Origin: Octopus sinensis
Taxonomy: Eukaryota
DNA: 13,258 nucleotides
Direction: 5' to 3'
NCBI RefSeq assembly: GCF_006345805.1
Contig: NW_021826447.1
Span: 1-13,258 of the forward strand
Notes under the pieces: model-generated
What the model was told of the DNA's origin: nothing
What the model saw: the letters and a program-made list of their open reading frames with translations, nothing else
The model's database searches: none
Position numbers and translations under genes: made by a program
Shown: positions 1-9,845 of the stretch, in pieces
Position numbering within the stretch: the first letter of the stretch is position 1
Layout: each line of letters begins with the position of its first letter

Positions 1-32
<32 letters not shown>

Positions 33-101
33 TATATATTATATATGTATATATATATATGTATATATATATATAGATATATATATATATTAATATATAT
101 G

Positions 102-132
<31 letters not shown>

Positions 133-189
133 CTTATATATATATATATATATACATATTATATATATATGTATTATATATATGTATTA

Positions 190-228
<39 letters not shown>
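1..228. repeat. Imperfect (TA)n microsatellite
   Basis: Direct inspection; the 45..398 'YIYIYI' ORF is its translation. Confidence 0.97.
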
Positions 229-230
<2 letters not shown>

Positions 231-414
231 GACCAAAGCTTTGTGAGTGGATTTGGTAGACGGAAACTGAAAGAAGCCCGTCGTATATATGTATATATAT
301 ATATGTATGTGTGGCTGTGCGTGTTATGTGTTTGTTGTCCCCCCCCCCCCCCACAGCATCGCTTGACAACCGATGGCGGTGTGTTTACGTCTCCGTAACT
401 TAGCTGTTCGTCAA
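229..414 (+). mobile_element. tRNA-derived SINE, family A, internal fragment
   Basis: ccgaccaaagctttgtgagtggatttggtagacggaaactgaaagaagcccgtcg...gcttgacaaccgatggcggtgtgtttacgtctccgtaacttagc is the reverse complement of the body of the copies at 2669-3081 and 5505-5848. Head and tail are missing. Resembles Octopus tRNA-derived SINEs (OK/OR1/OR2 group); exact family not assigned. Confidence 0.9.
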
Positions 415-608
415 ATTAATGGCCCCATAAATTACGATAATTAAGATTTATTTTTAATTTGAAATTAATATGTTGATGCTACGCTGTAAAGCTCTACACC
501 GTACTAAAGCTCATGACATTTTCTCTATTATGATATACGTCTTAATTCGCAATTTAAAACATGAATATATAAAAAATGCCAGTTTAATATTAGCATATTA
601 GCGTTCTT

Positions 609-629
609 AAATCCGTGCAGCACGGATTT
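609..629. other. 21-bp near-perfect palindrome (10-bp arms, 1-nt spacer)
   Basis: aaatccgtgc-a-gcacggattt; the arms are exact reverse complements. Confidence 0.9.
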
Positions 630-767
630 TTGTCAGTGAACAGGTCGCGGTCATAAAGCGACGAAAATATTTTGACAAATTAAACTTAAATGTTGGAGTG
701 AATCGAACGGCTTTTGTGTGTTTCTTAAATGGCTTATAAACACATTCCACGCTGCAATCGTTGTTAT

Positions 768-905
768 ATATAAGTATATATATATAAAATATAAGTATAA
801 ATATATAAGTATATATATATATACTTATATATTTATATTTTATATATATATATATATGTATATAGAAATACGCATACATATACGTGTGTGTACACACACA
901 TGTAT
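768..905. repeat. (TA)n / mixed dinucleotide microsatellite
   Basis: Direct inspection. Confidence 0.9.
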
Positions 906-1295
906 CTATCTCCATTAACATATACAATGACACAATCATACAGATACTTCTTCACTAATATATTCTCCGTACCTGATCGTCTCTAACGCTTTAGTTGTTT
1001 CTATGTCGTTTAAACTAAACTGTCTTTGGTAACATCCTATATTTTCACAAACACAGTTAGAAGGTGACAGAGAAAGGAAGCAACAATAAATAAACCATAA
1101 ATGCAAACACAAATGAAAATCCCCCCAAAAAAATACATATAAATAAATAAAAGCATTATTAAAACAATAGGCAAAAAAATAGATATAATGTAAAAAAAAT
1201 ATAATATTGCAATATGGCGCCGAAATCCTGACATTTCGACGTGATGTTTTAAAAACTCTCTTTTCGTTGTTTTGTGCCAATATTTTGAAACCTCT

Positions 1296-1450
1296 TGTGT
1301 GTGTGTGTGTGTGCGTGTGTGCGTGTGTGTGTGTGTGTGTATGTCTGTCTGTTTGTGTGTGTGTGTGTGTGTGTGTGTCTGTTCGTGCGTGTGTGTTTGT
1401 ATGTGTGTGTGTGTGTGTGTCTGTTTGTGTGTGTGTGTGTGTGTGTGTGT
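1296..1450. repeat. Imperfect (TG)n microsatellite
   Basis: Direct inspection; source of the CVCVCV/THTHTH ORFs. Confidence 0.97.
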
Positions 1451-1700
1451 ACGTACCATTTACTGTTTCTTTCCCTGTTGCGCTCGTTAATGTTCTCTCA
1501 TTGTATTTAGGTTTTGTTATTATCTTACTGAATGTGTGATAAGTATGTGTATATAGATGTATGTATATAGGTATTTATATACCTTTGTATGTGTGTTTCT
1601 ATGTGTGTATATATATGTATGAGTATGATATATATATATATATATATATATACAAACATATATATAAACACAAACATATATATATATATATATATATATA

Positions 1701-2310
<610 letters not shown>

Positions 2311-2668
2311 CTATCTACATACACGGGCACATACACAATATGACCTGAAGTAAAATCAGGCAAATATATTATTGAGAAAACATATATGCATCGCAGCCAC
2401 TACTTAACACATCCCGTCTTCATAAGCTGCCAACCCAAGTCTGCATCAACACGGCTTTTCTGTCTTAAATTCGAATACCATTTCCTGTGCAACGTGTAGC
2501 ATCTTAGCTCCTGCAATAGGATAGAGCCAAACCATAGTTACTCAGTTACTGAGTTAACTGACTTTAAAAATTTACTGTCTCTATGTATGTATAAGTCTCC
2601 TCGCTGCAAAATAGGGCTCAGAGTTGTTTATAAATGTAGCGATGAGGGGCGCATAACCGTTTGTGATA

Positions 2669-3081
2669 TACTCTTTACTCTTTTACTTGTTTCAGTCATT
2701 TGACTGCGGCCATGCTGGAGCACCGCCTTTTAGTCGAGCAAATCTACCCAAGGACTTATTCTTTGTAAGCCCAGTACTTATTCTATCGGTCTCTTTTGCC
2801 GAACCGCTAAGTGACGGGCACGTAAACACACCAGCATCGGTTGCCAAGCAATGCTAGGGGGAACACACAGACACAACACACCACACACACATACATATGT
2901 ATATATACATATATACGACAGCTTCTTTCTTTCAGTTTCCGTCTACCAAATCCACTCACAAGGCATTGGTCGGGCCCGGGCTATAGCAGAAGACACTTGG
3001 CCAAGATGCCACGCAGTGGGACTGAACCCGGAACCATGTGGTTGGTCAGCAAGCTACTTACCAAACAGCCACTCCTGCGCC
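2669..3081 (-). mobile_element. tRNA-derived SINE, family A, full length
   Basis: Minus strand starts ggcgcaggagtggctgtttggtaag (A-box-like) ... ggttcagtccc (B-box-like), has an internal CA/TA microsatellite and ends in a gtaaaagagtaaagagta repeat tail. Further copies at 229, 4636, 5505, 9681 and 11719. Confidence 0.93.
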
Positions 3082-3111
3082 TATATTTATTATTTTATAA
3101 AAGTAATAAGA

Positions 3112-3270
3112 CGGTAAGCTCACCGGATCGTTGGGAAAAATGCTTAACTGCATTTCGTCCGGCTCTTTGTGTTCTGTGTCAATAAAGTACCATCTGAGCA
3201 GCTGAGTCGATGGAATTGAATAATCCTCTCAAAACAAAAACTGCAGGCATTGAGCCCAAACTAGAAGGGC
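3112..3270 (+). mobile_element. Highly degenerate, internally deleted SINE related to family B
   Basis: cggtaagct...atcgtt...aaatgcttaactgcatttcgtc and ataaagtacca...gagtcgatggaattga align loosely with the head and body of 3579-3811. Confidence 0.55.
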
Positions 3271-3419
3271 TGTCATCATGGCTACTTCTCAATGCTCGTG
3301 ATTCCATCCATTAGCTGGGTAAGATGACCTCCGAAGTCTTATTCTAATTATTCTATGTTACTCCAGTGAATCACAGATTTACCATAAATAAATTCATAGA
3401 GACACTCATGCGCCTGCGT

Positions 3420-3473
3420 ATATTCACTCGAATTTGCCTGGCGGGCTCACGTTTCTGCCAGTTCACCGCCTTA
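3420..3473 (-). mobile_element. SINE family B head fragment
   Basis: Reverse complement taaggcggtgaactggcagaaacgtgagcccgccaggc matches 3578-3615 at 33/38 positions. Confidence 0.85.
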
Positions 3474-3488
3474 CGTTGTCTCCTTAAT

Positions 3489-3874
3489 ATCCTTTCCACT
3501 GTTGGCATAAGGGTTGAAATTTGAGAGAGGGGAATGGTTCGATTTCATTGTCCACAGTGTTCAAATGGTGCTTATTTTAAGGCGGCGAGCTGGCAGAAAC
3601 GTTAGCACGCCGGGCGAAATGCGTAGCATTATTTCGTCTGCCGTTACATTGTGAGTTCAAATTCCGCCGAGGTCGACTTTGCCGTTCATCCTTTCGGGGT
3701 CGATAAATTAAGCACCAGTTACGCACTGGGGTCGATGTAATCGAATTAATCCCTTTGTATGTCCTTCTTTGTCCCCTCTATGTTTAGCCCCTTGTGGGTA
3801 ATAAATAAATAGGTACTTATTTTATCGACCCCGAAAGGATGAAAGGCAAAGTCAACCTCAAAACGTGAAGACGG
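3489..3874 (-). mobile_element. Older family-B-related SINE interrupted by a younger SINE
   Basis: 3489-3578 and 3825-3874 (atcgaccccgaaaggatgaaaggcaaagtcaacctc) are collinear halves. The right half is the reverse complement of the gaggtcgactttgcc(g/t)ttcatcctttcggggtcgat motif of family B. Confidence 0.75.
3579..3811 (+). mobile_element. tRNA-derived SINE, family B, full length (~235 bp)
   Basis: aaggcggcgagctggcagaaacgttagc...gagttcaaattcc (B-box-like)...cccttgtgggtaataaataaat. Near-identical organisation at 11865-12098. Flanked by ggtgcttatttta (3567-3579) and ggtacttatttta (3812-3824). Confidence 0.92.
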
Positions 3875-4635
3875 TCCTGATCCTGCATTCTGGTGTGTTG
3901 TGAATCACACATAATAAATTCGGAGAATTTACAGCAAATGCTAAACAAGAATCGTGCTCAGATGTTTACCTTACTGCAAGTTTGTCCTTTGTTTTGTGAC
4001 TTACGTGGGATACAAAGATCGTATTTCCCTGCTGTCCATGCATTATATATGATACACATTTCCAATTTTTTTCAACCACCAATGTAGCTTCGAATTTATG
4101 AAAGGGAAGCTTTTTATTGCTCAAAACGTGTTGAAAGAAAAAGCTAAGAGTCTGAAGACAAGTACGACGTTTGGGAGGAAGTTATGCCAATTATTTGGAC
4201 AGGCAGAAAGTTAAAAAAGAACATTTTTGCATAACGAAGTCCGTGAGAAACCCTACTTTATGGAAATGAAAACTGCAGCGTTAAACTGTAAGACAGCCGA
4301 AATCATTCTGAAGCATCCGCACAGTTAATATCGAAAGATGTAATTCCCAAAAAGACATGACATGCCCTGATCTGTTTAAAGTCAAATAGAGGAGTAGAAA
4401 TTACTTTTAAAAATTATTTTTTAGCAAATATCCGAGCGTTTTATGAGAGTTTGCATTTGTATCGCTATTTCACTCTAGCAGGAATTCTAATTTTTGGAGG
4501 TTTTCGAATTTTGGAATTTTGCAAAAAGGTATAATCAACTGTACGCAATCTCCCGCTTTCTAGCATGCGTGTGTTGCATGTAAAAAGATGAAGGAGATCA
4601 AAAATACAAAGAAGAATCTATGTGAGTTAAATAAA

Positions 4636-4906
4636 TACTCTTTACTTTTACTCTTTTACTTGTTTCAGTCATTTGATTGCGGCCATGCTGGAGCACCGCC
4701 TTTAGTCAAACAAATCGACCCCAGGACTTATTCTTTGTAAGCCTAGTACTTATTCTATCGGTCTCATTTGCCGAACCGCTAAGTTACGGGACGTAAACAC
4801 ACCAGCATCGGTTGTCAAGCGATGTTGGGGGTGCCACGCAGTGGAACTGAACCCGGAACCATGTGGTTGGTAAGCAAGCTACTTACCACACAGCCACTCC
4901 TACGCC
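4636..4906 (-). mobile_element. SINE family A with ~140-bp internal deletion
   Basis: Tail and head match 2669-3081, but gatgttgggg is joined directly to gtgccacgcag at ~4830. Confidence 0.92.
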
Positions 4907-4981
4907 TATATGTAGAAAAAGTATTTTTATTTTACAGACTGTTTTAATAAAGAAACTCTTAGTTCGCTAATTCATATACAT

Positions 4982-4985
<4 letters not shown>

Positions 4986-5018
<33 letters not shown>

Positions 5019-5040
5019 GGTGTGTGTATTTGTATGTGTG
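4986..5040. repeat. (TG)n microsatellite
   Basis: Direct inspection. Confidence 0.95.
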
Positions 5041-5204
5041 TAGGGAGGTACTTTTTGTGTGCATATGAAATGATTCTGAGCGAGGCAGGGAATTCTATCT
5101 TTGTGATCCCCTAATATAGTATTATTTGAGAATCTAGATATGCGTATATATTTTGTATACCATATATATCTGTATATATAAACATATCTGTTTGTATGTG
5201 CGTG

Positions 5205-5248
5205 TATATGTGTGTAGATATATGTATATATGTATATGTGTATGTATG

Positions 5249-5294
<46 letters not shown>

Positions 5295-5312
5295 ATCTAT
5301 CAATCAATATAT
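5205..5312. repeat. Compound (TATG)n/(TATC)n microsatellite
   Basis: Direct inspection. Confidence 0.93.
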
Positions 5313-5504
5313 ATACAATTTAAAAATAGGATAAAATCTTAATAAGAATTTATCAAGTAGTTAGCGTGAAAAACCTCATAAGGGACAACATTTATTAATT
5401 ATTCCCTTTAAATATATTTATTTATATTAAGGGTATTATTATACATAAATGCCTCATGCTAGGAGGGACTCTTAAAGTCGAAGCTACCATAATAAACACA
5501 GTGT

Positions 5505-5848
5505 ACCCCGGGACTTATTCTTTGTAAGCCTAGTACTTATTCTATCGGTCCCTTTTGCCGAACCGCTAACTAACGGGGACATAGACACACCAGCATCGGT
5601 GGTCAAGCAATGCTAGGGGTACAAACACAAACACACAAACACACACACGCATATATATATATATATATATATATATGCATATATACGACAGGCTTCTTTT
5701 AGTTTCCGTCTACCAAATCCACTCACAAGGCATTGGTCGGCCCGAGGCTATAGTAGAAGACACTTGCCCAAGATGCCACGCAGTGGGACTGAACCCGGAA
5801 CCATGTGGTTGGTTAGCAAGCTACTTACTACACAGCCACTCCTGTGCC
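5505..5848 (-). mobile_element. SINE family A lacking its 3' tail
   Basis: Matches 2750-3081 from gacttattctttgtaagcc to cagccactcctgtgcc. Confidence 0.92.
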
Positions 5849-6374
5849 TATATAGAACCTTAAAAAACTTATTAAAACTCCATTATATTGTGAGATCGGA
5901 TAACTTCAACATTTTATCGAGCAGAAGTTATAATGAAAGATATCGTTACATTTGGCCCTAACTTCGTTATAATACGCTGCGCCATTAGCTCTGGACTATC
6001 TAGACTTTTCTTTACTATTCAGATCTTGGTTTGCTTAGATGTTACTCAGCCTTTCCTGATGAAAATTCATGGAGAAAGACAGAGGGACAGCGACGGAACA
6101 ATAAACAGCGCGAAAGAAAGGGGAAGACCTGGGGCAAATACAGACTAAGAAAGGATTATGTATACTTGTGTGTTTGTGTGTGTGCACGTGCGGAGTAAGG
6201 GGGCAGGCAATGCGGTAGGTGAGAGAAAAGCAAATATCGATAACTCACAAGTGTCGTCTGCTTTTATTGAATGAGATAAATCTTTTATTTCACATTGTCA
6301 TTGCCATTGTGTTCCTTTTGAAGAAGAAATCGTTAAATATGGCGGTTTTGGAACGTCAGATGATGAAATACATA

Positions 6375-6419
6375 CTCACACACACACATACACACACAAA
6401 TATAGATATGTGTGTGTGC

Positions 6420-6452
<33 letters not shown>

Positions 6453-6705
6453 TGATCGTATGCATGTATGTATGTACCCATGCGCATATATGTGAGTAAA
6501 TGAAAGGCTATTTACGAAATTGTATTCGTGAACCTTTATATGTATAAGTTTGTGTGTGTGTGTGTGTGTATGTGTGTGTGTATCCGAGGGGAAATTATGT
6601 ATTATCATTGCTTCTCTCTCCCTCTCTCTTTCGCTCCCTCTTTCTTTCCCTCCTCACTCTCACTCTCAATCTCTCTCTCTCTCTCTTTCTCTTTCGCTCT
6701 TTTCA
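6375..6705. repeat. Cluster of (CA)n, (TG)n and (CT)n microsatellites
   Basis: Direct inspection. Confidence 0.88.
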
Positions 6706-6799
6706 TTGTATTTCTCATTGATTTCTTACATTATTTCAGTCTTCAATGGTCAAACTATATCTGTCTCTAATTTTCACTTATAGATACGTACAGAAACAT

Positions 6800-7417
<618 letters not shown>

Positions 7418-7639
7418 AGATGGATAATGCGTCAATTCACTACAGCTGTTTCCAAAGAAATTTAAATTAAGTAATGGAAACATTGCATCATTAGAAAAAG
7501 CGTTTTCATCGAGTAAATTCCTGAACCACAACATTTAGAAGGATTCAAAAATCAACGACAAAAGCACCTTCGTGATTTTACGAACGTTGCTGGTTCATTT
7601 GAATTTAAGTGCCTTTGAATCCTAATATTTTGCATGTAT

Positions 7640-7809
7640 ATGTGATGAGTGAGTGAGTGTGTGTGTAGATGGATAGATAGATAGAGAGAGAGAGAGAGAA
7701 ATTCAGTCAGATTGAGAAACAGATATATATATATATATATACATGCACGCGTATATATTCATAAATGCATAAGTGTGTGTGTTTGTGTGTGTGTGTGTGT
7801 GAATATCGA

Positions 7810-7856
<47 letters not shown>
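7640..7856. repeat. Compound microsatellite (TGAG, GATA, GA, TG, TA)
   Basis: Direct inspection; ends in a pure (TA)n at ~7814-7856. Confidence 0.9.
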
Positions 7857-7859
<3 letters not shown>

Positions 7860-8006
7860 TATTGAAGTAGATAAATGAATTATCTTATTACGGATAATTC
7901 AAATGATAACCGATCCTGGGTAGCAAAAATCACAACAGAAAAAACACGGTTGAAGTTACGACCATGGGGCATAAAAACCGTGCCTTAGTGCGGAAATTTG
8001 AAGTTT

Positions 8007-8095
8007 ATATATTAAGTGTAGGAAGAAATGGAGCTGAACGAAGATTTAACAAAATTCCTTTATATTATTTTCTACATATGTTTCGAAGGCTGCAA
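8007..8095. repeat. Left arm of 89-bp perfect inverted repeat
   Basis: tatatattaagtgtaggaagaaatggagctgaacg...catatgtttcgaaggctgcaa is the exact reverse complement of 9540-9628 by manual comparison. Confidence 0.95.
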
Positions 8096-8152
8096 AGTCC
8101 CTAATTCGGATTGAATAAGGAGTCCATTTTGCAGCTTTCTCTTCAGGAAAAT
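8067..8152 (-). ncRNA. Type I hammerhead ribozyme motif
   Basis: Minus strand: AUUUUC-CUGAAGA-GAAAGCUGCAAA-(31 nt)-UUUGCAGCCUUC-GAAAC-AUAU-GUA/-GAAAAU. Stem I has 6/6 bp and stem II 11/12 bp. The CUGANGA/GAAA core is intact, stem III is minimal within the palindrome ACAUAUGU, and the NUH triplet is GUA, with predicted cleavage between 8073 and 8072. Confidence 0.87.
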
Positions 8153-8747
8153 CCAGGAACTTAATTCTCCAACAAAATGCACAACAAGCTTTTCGACAAA
8201 CGCTCACGAGGAGCCCATGAAATAAATGGCAGAAACTGTCTATCTATATGCGTTGACGCCAGACTGGGTGAAAGCAGAAGAGATTGTCCGTTGAGATAGT
8301 TCAAGGTCAGAATCCGGTTGGCAGAAGGGGGGGTACAGGAAAATCAAAGAGTGTGAATGTATTCTGTATGACTGGTGTTTATATTTGAATTATTTTAAGG
8401 ATGAGTGTTAGAGTGTTTGGGTGTGAGAAAATGCTTTAATGTATGTGTGTGTGCGTCTATGTATGTGTGACAGTGTGTTTCGAAGGCAGAAAGAGAGAGA
8501 GAGATATAGCAGGTATTAATGGCCAAGAAGCTTAAAAAACTGTGTCTGTGTGTTCGTATGTGACCACTTGATAGAGAGAGGGTGTCCACAATGGCCATGG
8601 CAGGATACAGTGTTGCTGTCAGGGATGGCAGCAGTTCTTGACAACTATTAGTTCTTATACTAACAGGGAAGGGATAACCCCTTTCAAACTTTATTCAAAT
8701 TTTTTCCCCTTTTTTGGGGGAAATCCAAGGGTTATCTATATTAGACT

Positions 8748-9127
8748 TCATTGGTATGAGAGAAAGATATGCCGTTTCCAGTGGGGGCATCTGAAAGAAT
8801 TTTGCACAATCGAGTTAACAGCTGCCCTCGGGCGAACAAAATATGAAAAAGTTGTGAGTTACAAAGAGTACAGATTTTTTTGCCCTTATCAAACGGTAAA
8901 GACACCGATAAAATTGTCCATTCCAGTCTAAAAGTTGAATTCGCGTTCTTCAAACGCCAGACTATTTGCTTAGCCCCCGTAGCGTGTTGCTTATCCTTAT
9001 CACGGAACGTGGAAAAATGATTCGATATTCTAATGGCCAATTTCGATGATGAAGCTCCGATATAAGTGAAGACATCGGATTCAGTATAAACTCTGCACTG
9101 GTAAATGGCGTTTCTATCTTGGAGTTG
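8748..9127 (-). pseudogene. GIY-YIG endonuclease domain of a Penelope-like element, frameshifted
   Basis: Manual translation: NAIYQCRVYTESDVFTYIGASSSKLAIRISNHFSTFRDKDKQHATGAKQIVWRLKNANSTFRLEWTILSVSLPFDKGKKICTLCNSQLFHILFARGQLLTRLCKIL, then a 1-nt shift (~8790) to RCPHWKRHIFLSYQ*. It shows the AIY-x12-YIG, RxxxH, CxxC and terminal CxH motifs of PLE endonucleases. The ORF track shows only 8741..9040. Confidence 0.88.
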
Positions 9128-9539
9128 CTAGATAAGAACCTTAATCTATTGGGATTGGTTTCCGATATTAATACAGCGTTCTTATTACTATGATGATTGT
9201 AAAAACTACCGCTGATTCGATATTATTCACCCCATTATCATTACTATTTAAGGCAATATCACCTGCATATTCCCTGTTACTGGGAATGCTGTGATTGATA
9301 ATGTCCGTATACTATACTGTTGTTAAAACGCGCTGCTAATATTATTGTTGGGACTCCCTACGTTAATGACGAGATCAGTGCTCTTAACCTTATTACTATT
9401 ACTAACTCCAATGTTGGTATGAAGGTTGCTAATATCTGTGCCAGTTCTATTATTATTATTATTATTACTGCGCGTTATGTTGGAATTTGACGGAGCAGAG
9501 TCTCTGCTCATGGGTGAGAGGGCCTTATTTAGCAGCTTA
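9128..9539 (-). pseudogene. Asn/Ser-rich low-complexity coding segment upstream of the endonuclease (presumed RT-EN linker)
   Basis: ...SAPSNSNITRSNNNNNNRTGTDISNLHTNIGVSNSNK...NNNISSAF, then further Asn-rich pieces (DIINHSIPSNREYAGDIALNSNDNGVNNI) in shifted frames. Includes an (AAT)n run at ~9448-9466. Confidence 0.62.
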
Positions 9540-9619
9540 TTGCAGCCTTCGAAACATATGTAGAAAATAATATAAAGGAATTTTGTTAAATCTTCGTTCA
9601 GCTCCATTTCTTCCTACAC

Positions 9620-9628
<9 letters not shown>
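9540..9628. repeat. Right arm of 89-bp perfect inverted repeat, containing the 3' part of the hammerhead on the + strand
   Basis: ttgcagccttc-gaaac-atat-gta-gaaaat... with no CTGANGA or stem II 5' arm upstream. Confidence 0.95.
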
Positions 9629-9672
<44 letters not shown>

Positions 9673-9682
9673 TACATATATA
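9623..9682. repeat. (TA)n microsatellite
   Basis: Direct inspection; lies where family A SINEs carry their internal microsatellite. Confidence 0.95.
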
Positions 9683-9845
9683 CAACGAGCTTTTTTCAGT
9701 TTCCGTCTACTAAATCCACTCACAAGGCTTTGGTTGGCCTAAGGCTATAGTAGAAGACACTTGCCCAAGGTGCCACGCAGTGGGAATGAACCCGGAACCA
9801 TGTGGCTGGTAAGCAAGCTACTTACCACACAGCCACTCCTGCGCC
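9681..9845 (-). mobile_element. SINE family A, 5' half
   Basis: cagtttccgtctactaaatccactcacaagg...cacacagccactcctgcgcc matches 2932-3081; the 3' half is absent. Confidence 0.92.

Larger units (their letters stand above)
8007..9628 (-). mobile_element. 5'-truncated Penelope-like retroelement (PLE) with inverted terminal pLTR fragment
   Basis: Co-oriented GIY-YIG endonuclease remnant (8748-9127), downstream type I hammerhead motif (8067-8152) and inverted duplication of the terminal region (8007-8095 / 9540-9628). This combination is characteristic of PLEs. No RT is seen. The left end may extend to the (TA)n at 7856. Confidence 0.88.

Noticed and set aside
607-1036. Two phase-compatible minus-strand candidate exons (1036-973 with donor CAG|gtacgg; 751-607)
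   Set aside because: Acceptors lack good polypyrimidine tracts and the joined peptide resembles nothing I recognise. Spliced RNA-seq would be needed.
3960-4100. Minus-strand donor consensus cac|gtaagt at ~4004
   Set aside because: Upstream frames are closed by stops within a short distance and there is no acceptor support.
6005-6170. Strong plus-strand splice acceptor (cttttctttactattcag at 6022) with open frames
   Set aside because: No convincing donor and no recognisable protein; such motifs arise often in pyrimidine-rich DNA.
8462-8500. Second hammerhead-like segment on the minus strand (ccttcGAAACacactGTC)
   Set aside because: No upstream CTGANGA core or stem II partner; at most a decayed remnant.
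8600-8752. Possible SECIS element after the endonuclease stop (as in selenoprotein-encoding Naiad PLEs)
   Set aside because: An ATGA is present but no 11-12 bp helix II with AA bulge and GA partner could be formed, and no in-frame TGA lies at conserved Cys positions. The nearby tttcccc/ggggaaa hairpin (8703-8723) is too small to interpret.
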